A DNA stretch of 64,000 bases. Origin: Chitinophaga pinensis. Its GTDB lineage: Bacteria; Bacteroidota; Bacteroidia; NS11-12g; UBA955. The position numbers and the translations under genes are program-made. Shown piece by piece: positions 49,342 through 57,302 of this stretch (position 1 is its first letter; the number at the start of each line of letters is the position of its first letter). Where the stretch lies: NCBI GenBank assembly GCA_945877575.1, contig CAMDUE010000002.1, positions 197,861-261,860 of the forward strand. Direction: 5' to 3'. The notes under the pieces were generated by a model. That model saw only the letters and a list, made by a program, of their open reading frames with translations, was not told the DNA's origin and did no database searches.

Positions 49342-52300
49342 TTAAAATGCTGCTTCAACGCCAATTAGGAACCGGAAATCTACGAAGTTTTCTTGTGGAT
49401 TCACGGTATTTAGGAAAAATGGAAAATCAATTCTATATCGCATGGTTCTTGGAGAGTAAGAGTAGTTGCGATTGATGATTTTATTGTAATTATTGATGTT
49501 GATCCACGTTCCTATTCCGGCATCTGCGAGCAGGTTGCTGTTGTACCAATTATTTGATTTTTGGATTGCGATCAAACCTGCATCAGCGAATAAATAGGGT
49601 GAAAAAGAAATGAATTTATTTTTCAAAAAGGGCGAAAGTAACTTTCCGAAGTGCCATTCTGTGTTGATAGATATACCAGAAGTACCTCTAAAAAATGCCA
49701 TGATGCTGTCGTTTGATTTGATTCCAATGGCTCTTCCATGAAATCCTCTGAGGTTCAGTCCGCCACCTAAATGGGTGTAATTCGGTTGGATGTTTCCGAG
49801 ATTTCGAACCATCATATTTTGGAATTGAGTTTCAGGGTTGGCGCTTGATGTGTAAAGGGCTGATTCAGGTGATGGATTCGCACCTTGAGCTAATTGAGCG
49901 AATACTCTAGACTTGAAAGTGGTTGATTTAATAGGTTGTTGGTGTTTCCATTCTAGGTTAAACCAACCAAATTGTGTTTGGCTCCAAGGCGATATTAATC
50001 GGGTATCAACGGCAATGGTTCCTGACCTTGACCAACCTGAGTATTGGATGTTCCAAAACAGGTGGAAGTTGGTATTGGTTCTGTCAGACCAAGTACTTGC
50101 AGTGGGTAGATAACCATTGAAAAGGGAATTCTTGTTTATGATGGTTTCGGTGTTTGAACTAAGTGCCCTTAGGTCTTTTCCATAAAGTCCGAAGGTATGT
50201 TTCCCCAATTTCCATTTCCAACCTAGTATTGAGCTCAGACGTTGGTTTGAGGAGATGATTTCTGCAAAATATGTCCCTCCACCGCGTATGTCATGTTGCC
50301 AATTTACTAAACCATTGATGGTCTGGTGAGCGAATTTTATATAATTTAATGGGTAAATCTGATTATTAAGGGCATAATATATTCTGGCATCAAAAACATG
50401 TTTTCGGCTGGCATATTGTCCGGTAAATTTTGCACCAATCATGGTTCCAGAATACTGATTGTATGCAATTGCGGGTCTAATTAGTACTTCGTATGGTTCT
50501 AAAATATTGCTATTTGGACCTTGTCCTTGATCGAGTTTAAAGGAAATTTTCTTTTTCCAACGGTTATTCCTTCGGTCAATGTCGGCCAAAAGGTAGGTGG
50601 CGTCCAAGAAAATTTCTGTGAGTTCATGTTTGGGTTCAATGCTCACATTGATGGTAAAATCGCGGTTCAAACGTCCCCAAGAATTCCAAACCTTGGTTGA
50701 AAGCCTGTTAGGAATGATGTATTGATTTGTTGGGATGGTTAATTGGGTAAATATTAATTTTCCACTTTCGGTTCGTGTCAAAAGGTCTAAGTTCACGGGC
50801 ATGGTGAGATTTCCGTAGCGATGAACGGTGATTTTATATTGACCATTCTCGAGCTTTTTTACTTTTTTAATGCCGTAGTCAATGACTTCTTTCGATTCAA
50901 ACCATTGATCAAAGAACTTATTCAGATCAATTTGTGCTGATTGAATGACTGAATTTCGAAAATCTTCTATGTACGGATGCTTGAATTTCCATTGTTCCAC
51001 ATAGTTTTTCATGGCTATCGAGAAAATGGAATCCCCCAAGAAATAGCGCAAATTGTAGAGCATGGTAGCCGTTTTGTAGTATACATTTCCGTATCCGCCG
51101 CCATGTCCAACGGCCTCATGAAATTCATTACTATGGGTATTGAGACGTTCGTCTTCGCCATCAATGGCATCATCCAAATAGGGGCCAATGGCCCTGGAAT
51201 ATTCGGGAAATGGCTCTACTTTCAGCTCTTTCAGAGCTTCGGCCGTTAAAAATTGAGTGAATCCTTCGTCGAGAGCTGCCCGATAGGTTTCGTTGCTGCC
51301 CACCATTCCCATGAACCAATTGTGGGCCACTTCGTGTGCGATGAGTGCTCTGTGCGAGGGATAGGAACCGCCGCAGAGCGTGAGCATGGGGTATTCCATA
51401 CCATCAGCAGCGTCTGCCACCACAATTTTAGGGTATGCATACATCCCATAATTTCGGCTGTAAAAGGCAATGACTTCACTTAAATATTGCGCGGTTTTTG
51501 TCCAATTTTTGGCATTATGGGCTTGTGCGATTGCCACGCATTGAATTCCGTTCCATGTGACTTCGCTTATTCTGTAGGTTGGATCAGCTGTCCAAGCAAA
51601 ATCGTGAACGTTTTGAGCAAGGAAATGCCAAGTTTTGGTAGTTGGTAGGGGGTAGTTGGTAGTTGGTAGTTGGTAGGGGGTAGTTGGTAGGGGGGTGTTG
51701 GGTTTCGGGTTTTGGGTTTCGGGGGACGGGGAGCGGGAGTTGGGTTGGTTGATGTCAATGGCTTTTTTGAGATCATCGGGAAGTGCTTCTTCGCGGTTTA
51801 AGAGTAATCCGGTGGCTTCAACGATGTACTTTTCTGGGAGATTTAGTTTCACATCAAAGGTGCCAAAGTCGCCGTAAAATTCTTTTTCAAGGTGTTGGCT
51901 GGTTTCCCAAGTGAACTTTTGGTCATAGACGCAAATTCTTGGGTACCAATGAACACCGTTGAAATGTTTAACTCCATGATGATCAAACACTTTCATTCTC
52001 CGGCGAATGGATCCTCGATCAAAATAAGTCTTGAACCAAATTTCAAACACGCAAGAATCTCCTGATTGCAGAGGCTCAGGAAGATCAATTTTCATGATGG
52101 TATAATCAATCTGAGGATCTAAAATGACTTTTTTATAGGGTTTGGTTGATTTATTTCCTTCAATTTGAATCCATGTGATTTGTGTCCCCAAACCTTGTTT
52201 TTCGTAGTTGCCGTAGGTGGGTTTAATTTTATTTAGTTCGTAGAGTTTATCTGTTAAAGAACCTGGCTGAGTGGAGTTTTGATATAAATGAAAAAAAGCT

Positions 52301-52548
52301 TCATTCAGGGTATTGGGTGAGTTGTTGGTGTAAGTCAATCGAAGTTTACCCGTAATAACTTCCGAACTATCATCAAGACTTGCATCTATTTGATAGTGAA
52401 CTTTTTGTTGCCAGTAAGTGGTAGGTGGTAGATGGTAGGGGGTAGGGGGTACTTGGTAAATGGTAGGGGGTAGTTGGCCGTTGGTAGAGAGGAGTTTTGT
52501 GGGGAAGAGTGACCAGAAAAAGATGAGCAAAATCAAGCGCATTCTCAA
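49342..52548 (-). CDS. M1 family zinc metallopeptidase (secreted), with PT/Y-rich low-complexity linkers
   Basis: Signal peptide. HEVAHNWF...E (HEXXH-X18-E). 1068 aa. Two in-frame hexamer-repeat inserts. Confidence 0.8.
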   Translation of the reverse strand: MRMRLILLIFFWSLFPTKLLSTNGQLPPTIYQVPPTPYHLPPTTYWQQKVHYQIDASLDDSSEVITGKLRLTYTNNSPNTLNEAFFHLYQNSTQPGSLTDKLYELNKIKPTYGNYEKQGLGTQITWIQIEGNKSTKPYKKVILDPQIDYTIMKIDLPEPLQSGDSCVFEIWFKTYFDRGSIRRRMKVFDHHGVKHFNGVHWYPRICVYDQKFTWETSQHLEKEFYGDFGTFDVKLNLPEKYIVEATGLLLNREEALPDDLKKAIDINQPNSRSPSPETQNPKPNTPLPTTPYQLPTTNYPLPTTKTWHFLAQNVHDFAWTADPTYRISEVTWNGIQCVAIAQAHNAKNWTKTAQYLSEVIAFYSRNYGMYAYPKIVVADAADGMEYPMLTLCGGSYPSHRALIAHEVAHNWFMGMVGSNETYRAALDEGFTQFLTAEALKELKVEPFPEYSRAIGPYLDDAIDGEDERLNTHSNEFHEAVGHGGGYGNVYYKTATMLYNLRYFLGDSIFSIAMKNYVEQWKFKHPYIEDFRNSVIQSAQIDLNKFFDQWFESKEVIDYGIKKVKKLENGQYKITVHRYGNLTMPVNLDLLTRTESGKLIFTQLTIPTNQYIIPNRLSTKVWNSWGRLNRDFTINVSIEPKHELTEIFLDATYLLADIDRRNNRWKKKISFKLDQGQGPNSNILEPYEVLIRPAIAYNQYSGTMIGAKFTGQYASRKHVFDARIYYALNNQIYPLNYIKFAHQTINGLVNWQHDIRGGGTYFAEIISSNQRLSSILGWKWKLGKHTFGLYGKDLRALSSNTETIINKNSLFNGYLPTASTWSDRTNTNFHLFWNIQYSGWSRSGTIAVDTRLISPWSQTQFGWFNLEWKHQQPIKSTTFKSRVFAQLAQGANPSPESALYTSSANPETQFQNMMVRNLGNIQPNYTHLGGGLNLRGFHGRAIGIKSNDSIMAFFRGTSGISINTEWHFGKLLSPFLKNKFISFSPYLFADAGLIAIQKSNNWYNSNLLADAGIGTWININNYNKIINRNYSYSPRTMRYRIDFPFFLNTVNPQENFVDFRFLIGVEAAF
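51637..51750. repeat. (GGTAGN)n + (GGGTTTC)n composite array in-frame in the M1 peptidase CDS
   Basis: ggtagttggtagggggtagttgg...gggtttcgggttttgggtttcgggggacgggg. Encodes NPKPNTPLPTTPYQLPTTNYPLPTT. Confidence 0.8.
52419..52492. repeat. (GGTAGN)n array in-frame right after the M1 peptidase signal peptide
   Basis: gtggtaggtggtagatggtagggggtagggggtacttggtaaatggtagggggtagttgg. Encodes QLPPTIYQVPPTPYHLPPTTY. Confidence 0.8.
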
Positions 52549-52595
52549 AGTTAATCAAATTTGTTTCACCCAACTTATTTTGGGAACTTTGTGTT

Positions 52596-53309
52596 GTGAA
52601 ACCCTATGTTTACCAAAGCGTTTATGAGCATGAAATTGCCGCTGTATTTGCCATTGCCTACGGTGGTTTGATTCATGCTGTTGGATTGGGAAATTCTGGG
52701 GTTGTTTGCAGACATTGGGTTATGGAAAAGTCTGACTTTGGACTTATTAAAGATATTCCAAAGCCCATGATGGCCGTTTGGAAAGAGTCGGTGACTGTGG
52801 TACCCGCTCAATTTATAGGTGTTAAACCACCCGATTCAGAGTTTGACTCTATGGTCACTCTCAATGATGAGGCGTATCTATGCTATAAAGGTAAAAACAG
52901 ACAACATTTGTTTCAATCATACCTTCACAAAGCCCAAATGGTTGCCGCAAAATATCAAAGTTTGGTATTTTTTTGGTGTTTGAATGACTGTGTTTATTTA
53001 TCGGTATTTGATGGCGGTAAGTTGTTGTTTTCTAACGTTTTTGAAGTAAATAAAAAAGAAGAAATAGTGTATTTTGTTTTGGCCGTGGCTCGTGATTGTG
53101 GGTTTGATTCTAAACCATTTACATTATTGGGTGATGCTGACGACAGCCAAATGAATGAGTTGCATGCTGATTTTGAAACATTGTCTGTTGAGCTGGTTCA
53201 TTTAAATAGAGAGCCGCTGTATACTGGTTGTGATCATGCGCCCGATGCTCATGTAGCCAATCTCTTATCGTTTTTAGGGGGATGTGAATTTCCTCGAGAT
53301 TATAACTAA
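52596..53309 (+). CDS. DUF3822-like protein
   Basis: Size and position immediately upstream of rsmD, as in many Bacteroidetes. Weak sequence recall. Confidence 0.4.
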   Translation: MKPYVYQSVYEHEIAAVFAIAYGGLIHAVGLGNSGVVCRHWVMEKSDFGLIKDIPKPMMAVWKESVTVVPAQFIGVKPPDSEFDSMVTLNDEAYLCYKGKNRQHLFQSYLHKAQMVAAKYQSLVFFWCLNDCVYLSVFDGGKLLFSNVFEVNKKEEIVYFVLAVARDCGFDSKPFTLLGDADDSQMNELHADFETLSVELVHLNREPLYTGCDHAPDAHVANLLSFLGGCEFPRDYN

Positions 53310-53316
53310 TCAAGTA

Positions 53317-53835
53317 ATGAGAGTAACAGGCGGACAATTTAAGGGTCACCCACTTCCCATGAAATTCGCTTCCCACGTTAGGCCATCGACAGACAAGATG
53401 CGTGAAAGTATGTTTAATATGCTCGCCAATCAATTGGATTTTGAGGAATTGAGTGTGTTGGACTTGTTTTCTGGGTCGGGAATTATTGCCCTTGAATTCC
53501 TGAGTAGGGGTGCCAAAGAGGTGGTTTCTGTTGATTTGGACGGAAAAAATATCCAACACCAAAAGAAGATCAGGGAAGAAAAACATTGTCAGCAATGGGA
53601 AATAGTGAAGGCAGATGTTTTTAAGTATTTGCAAAATTCACCCAAAAAATATGATTTGATTTTTGCAGATCCTCCATACGCAATGCCAAATCTGCAAAAT
53701 TTAGTATCTATGGTTCGACCGCATTTGATTGACGGTGGAATCTTTCTTTTTGAGCACCAACCTCGATTGGTCTTTGATCCGCCACCAACAAGGGAGAAGG
53801 ATTATGGAAGCAGTAAATTGAGCATTTTTGAGTAA
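53317..53835 (+). CDS. rsmD: 16S rRNA (guanine966-N2)-methyltransferase
   Basis: MRVTGGQFKGHPL. SAM motif DLFSGSGIIALE. DPPY motif. Confidence 0.85.
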   Translation: MRVTGGQFKGHPLPMKFASHVRPSTDKMRESMFNMLANQLDFEELSVLDLFSGSGIIALEFLSRGAKEVVSVDLDGKNIQHQKKIREEKHCQQWEIVKADVFKYLQNSPKKYDLIFADPPYAMPNLQNLVSMVRPHLIDGGIFLFEHQPRLVFDPPPTREKDYGSSKLSIFE

Positions 53836-53848
53836 TATTGTTTTGTAA

Positions 53849-54304
53849 ATGAAAAGAATAGCGGTTTTCCCAGGTACTTTCGACCCTGTAACGAAAGGGC
53901 ATGTAGACATAGTTGTGCGTGGGGCCAAGCTTTTTGATGAGATAATTGTGGCTATTGGAATCAATACCAAAAAGGCCATGTTGTTCGATTTAGAACAGCG
54001 CACTAAATGGCTCGAGGAGTCATTTAAACATGTTCCGAACGTGCGCATTGAGCATTACGAAGGTTTAACTGTTGAATATTGTAAAAAAGTAGGCGCACAT
54101 TTTTTGTTGAGAGGATTGCGAAATGGTACTGATTTTGATTACGAATCGCACATCGCTCAATTGAATAAAAGTCTCAATGAAGATATAGAAACCGTATTCA
54201 TTTTGAGTTCACCCGAATTGGGTTACATTTCCAGCACCTTGGTACGCGATCTGATTATCCATAAGGGAGATTATCAGAAGTTTATACCGTTTGATTTGAT
54301 TTAG
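53849..54304 (+). CDS. coaD: Phosphopantetheine adenylyltransferase
   Basis: RIAVFPGTFDPVTKGHVDIV (HxGH). Confidence 0.9.
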   Translation: MKRIAVFPGTFDPVTKGHVDIVVRGAKLFDEIIVAIGINTKKAMLFDLEQRTKWLEESFKHVPNVRIEHYEGLTVEYCKKVGAHFLLRGLRNGTDFDYESHIAQLNKSLNEDIETVFILSSPELGYISSTLVRDLIIHKGDYQKFIPFDLI

Positions 54305-54480
54305 TCCAAGGTAGTTGGTAGCAGGTAGTTGGTAGCAGGTAGTTGGTAGTTGGTAGCAGGTAGTTGGTAGTTGGTAGCTGGGCTCTGGCCCAAAACCCGG
54401 TACCCAAAACCCGAAACCCGATACCCGATACCCGATACCCGATACCTGAAACCTGATACCCGATACCCGGTACCCGATAC
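54305..54480. repeat. About 175-bp simple-repeat block: (GGTAGYWG)n then (CCCGATA/CCCGAAA)n
   Basis: Seen directly between convergent coaD and NUDIX genes. The minus strand is a (GGGTATC)n G4 motif. Confidence 0.85.
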
Positions 54481-55116
54481 CTAGTACCCAGTACCAACTA
54501 AATGCTTCTTGATGATATCGTGGATGCTGTGGTAGGACTGGAACTCAGAAGAGTTGAACCAGTCAAGTGGGGCGAAATTTGCTTCGGTGATGCCTTCTTC
54601 TTCTTGCGGTTTTAATGCGGCGGTGCCGCTGCTGTTCATTCTGTACCAGTGGGTTTCCTTTAGGAGAATGGCGTTGTCTTCGTAGTAGGCGTGGTAGGTT
54701 TCTCCGATTTTTTCGGAAATGTTGAGGTGATTGATGCCGGTTTCTTCCATCACTTCGCGAAGGGCGGCGGCAATTTGATCTTCGTGGCGTTCTATTTTGC
54801 CCTTGGGAAGATCCCAAACACCGTTGCGTTTGATGGTTAGTAATTCGTGGTTTTTGTTGAATACTAATCCTCCAGCGGCTTGAATAACGGTGTATTCTTC
54901 AATGAATTCTCTCAGTGTTTCTTGAGGTTCAGGGGTCATCAATCCGAAGGTCATGGGTTTGCCCAAGGCCTCGCTTGATATTAAGATGTTAAAACTTTTA
55001 TGGATTTCATCATCACCTATGAAATAAAAGTTTGGAATGCCTTTGAGAGCATCCAGAGAATCTGTGATGATCAACGCACCCTCATTGAAGTAGATTTTGT
55101 AAGTTTGCGGCTCCAT
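54481..55116 (-). CDS. NUDIX hydrolase
   Basis: Nudix box GKIERHEDQIAAALREVMEETGI. Confidence 0.8.
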   Translation of the reverse strand: MEPQTYKIYFNEGALIITDSLDALKGIPNFYFIGDDEIHKSFNILISSEALGKPMTFGLMTPEPQETLREFIEEYTVIQAAGGLVFNKNHELLTIKRNGVWDLPKGKIERHEDQIAAALREVMEETGINHLNISEKIGETYHAYYEDNAILLKETHWYRMNSSGTAALKPQEEEGITEANFAPLDWFNSSEFQSYHSIHDIIKKHLVGTGY

Positions 55117-55750
55117 GTCTCACGAAAGTGCAAAATTAGCAAAATTTCTTCTGGAAATAAAGGCCGTTAAGTTATCTCCAAGGAATCCCTTTACCTGGAC
55201 TTCAGGTATTAAGTCGCCCATTTACTGTGACAACAGAACCGTTTTGTCATATCCGGAAGTAAGAAACTTTGTGGCTGACTCCTTGGCTGCCAAGGTAAAA
55301 GAACATTTTCCGGAAGTTGATAGATTGGCTGGAATTGCAACGGCTGGGATTGCGCACGGTGTTTTAGCCGCTGATAGATTGAATATGTCTTACTGTTATG
55401 TTCGACCGGAGCCCAAAAAACACGGACTAAAAAATCAGGTGGAGGGGCATATGAATGAGGGCGATAAAGTGGTTTTGATTGAAGATTTAGTGTCCACCGG
55501 AAAAAGCTCCATGCAAGCGGTTGAAGGGGTGAGAAATGAAGGCGGTGTAGTTATTGGAGTGCTTGCTCTGTTCAGTTACGGATTTGCGGATGCACATAAA
55601 CGTTTTGCAGACGAAGGTATTCCGTTGTATACAATATCGAATTTGAACGTGCTGAGCGAAGTGGCTGCGAAAGAAGGATTTATTTCTATGGATGACATTG
55701 AAATGGTTCAGCAGTTCGCTAAAGATCCGCATTCTTGGGGAAATGTTTAA
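55115..55750 (+). CDS. pyrE: Orotate phosphoribosyltransferase
   Basis: PRPP-binding VVLIEDLVSTGKS. N-terminal FTWTSGIKSPIYCDNR. Confidence 0.9.
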   Translation: MSHESAKLAKFLLEIKAVKLSPRNPFTWTSGIKSPIYCDNRTVLSYPEVRNFVADSLAAKVKEHFPEVDRLAGIATAGIAHGVLAADRLNMSYCYVRPEPKKHGLKNQVEGHMNEGDKVVLIEDLVSTGKSSMQAVEGVRNEGGVVIGVLALFSYGFADAHKRFADEGIPLYTISNLNVLSEVAAKEGFISMDDIEMVQQFAKDPHSWGNV

Positions 55751-56411
55751 GCGCTTCCCGCCTAGATAATGGTTTTAACGGGTATTTGTTTACAAAATCG
55801 AATACCCAGGTCGAATCGTGTTTAGCGTATTGTCTCAATGCCCATCCGATGGCTTTTTGGTGGAAGAATTCTTTTGAGTGTAGGTGAGGCAGAATGGAAA
55901 ATTCAAGCCAATCGGTTTGAGTGTTTTTGCCGTATTTGAGTTGGCAGATGATGGCACTCCGGTTGATCCACATGTTTTCAGATGCCGCGTATTCTGAGAT
56001 GGTTGATTCGAAAATGGATGGATGGGTTTTCAAAAATGCTCCTAAATGGCTTCCAGCGAGCATATCAACGGTATCCCACCAGCTTTTTGTGGAGATCAAA
56101 TGGGTAAAAAAGGGTAGCTCGTCAGAACTAAAGGTTTTTAGAGCTCGAGGAAATAAATCAAGTGCGCAGTATTGAAATTCTCTTTCGGGTTGTTCCCAAA
56201 GAAGGTAAAAAAAAGCTTTCCAATCGGCTGAGGTAAACTCTTTCAATTCTGCTGATTCTAAGCTGAAGGTTTTCAAAACTTCTTTTCGAGCAGGAGAGGT
56301 TATGCCCATAAACTGAAAATGATTTTTCATGTAGGCTTCCATGCCGGCCCGTTTTTCGGGAGAAATGGAACCGTTTAATTGGGATCTTAGATTTTCAATA
56401 AGGTTTTTCAT
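55719..56411 (-). CDS. DNA alkylation repair protein (AlkD-like HEAT-repeat glycosylase)
   Basis: 230 aa HEAT-like repeat protein. AlkD-family length and pattern. Confidence 0.65.
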   Translation of the reverse strand: MKNLIENLRSQLNGSISPEKRAGMEAYMKNHFQFMGITSPARKEVLKTFSLESAELKEFTSADWKAFFYLLWEQPEREFQYCALDLFPRALKTFSSDELPFFTHLISTKSWWDTVDMLAGSHLGAFLKTHPSIFESTISEYAASENMWINRSAIICQLKYGKNTQTDWLEFSILPHLHSKEFFHQKAIGWALRQYAKHDSTWVFDFVNKYPLKPLSRREALKHFPKNADL

Positions 56412-56502
56412 GGGCCCAAAATAATCTTCGAAAGTAGGGATTTATTCTACGATTGTTGTGTAGATGGCAATGTATTTGAATGACAGCCGTTATATTTGAG
56501 GT

Positions 56503-57291
56503 ATGATAAAACTTCAACAATTTGGTTTTGGTGTTGCCGTAATTTCGCTTCTTACTTTTAGCGCTTGCGATACGATTCAGCAAGCGGCGCCCGGTTTGGC
56601 TCAAGAAGCTTTGAATCAGGCTCGTAAACCGGCACAACCTCAGTTGACGGGAGATCAAGCAGCTGGTGGCTTGAAAGATGCTCTGATTAAAGGGGTGACT
56701 TCAGGTACAGACAGATTAGGTGCGGTTGGTGCATTTTCACAAAATGCTGCGATAAGAATTTTACTTCCCCCAGAAATCCAAAAAATTGAACAAAAAATAA
56801 GAGACAATAAAATTTTAAATGCTCTCATTGGAAAGGAGTTGGATAAAACCATTGAAGCAATGAATGCAGGTGCCGAAAAATCAATGGCCTTAGCTGTACC
56901 CGTGTTTAAAAATGCAATCACACAAATGTCATTTGCAGATGCCATGGGAATTTTAACGGGGGGACAAGGGTCTGCAACGAGATATCTGAAAGAAACTAGT
57001 GAACTCCCTTTGCAAGAGAAATTCAAACCTGAAGTTAAAAAAGCGTTAGATGAAGTGTCGTTGGCCAAGATCTGGCAGCCTGTGGTTACTCAAATAAATA
57101 AAAACAAACGTATTTTGGGTTTAGAGGCTGATGTTCAGACTGATTTGAATCAATATGTAACTGAAAAAGCTACCGCTGCCTTGTTTAAAGAAATTGAGCA
57201 AGAAGAGAATTTGATTCGAAAAGATCCAATTCAAAGAACCACCGAATTACTAAAAAAGGCTTTTGATTACGCAGATAAAAATCAGAAGTAA
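56503..57291 (+). CDS. DUF4197 family protein (signal peptide/lipoprotein)
   Basis: Lipobox LTFSACD. DUF4197-like size and Bacteroidetes context. Confidence 0.5.
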   Translation: MIKLQQFGFGVAVISLLTFSACDTIQQAAPGLAQEALNQARKPAQPQLTGDQAAGGLKDALIKGVTSGTDRLGAVGAFSQNAAIRILLPPEIQKIEQKIRDNKILNALIGKELDKTIEAMNAGAEKSMALAVPVFKNAITQMSFADAMGILTGGQGSATRYLKETSELPLQEKFKPEVKKALDEVSLAKIWQPVVTQINKNKRILGLEADVQTDLNQYVTEKATAALFKEIEQEENLIRKDPIQRTTELLKKAFDYADKNQK

Positions 57292-57302
57292 ATTCCCACA
57301 AA

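Noticed and set aside
54282-54497. 71-aa minus-strand ORF translating to YRVPGIGYQVSGIGYRV...LPTTNYLLPTTNY
   Set aside because: It is composed entirely of the intergenic simple-repeat block between convergent genes. It is low complexity, has no start context and is not a gene.
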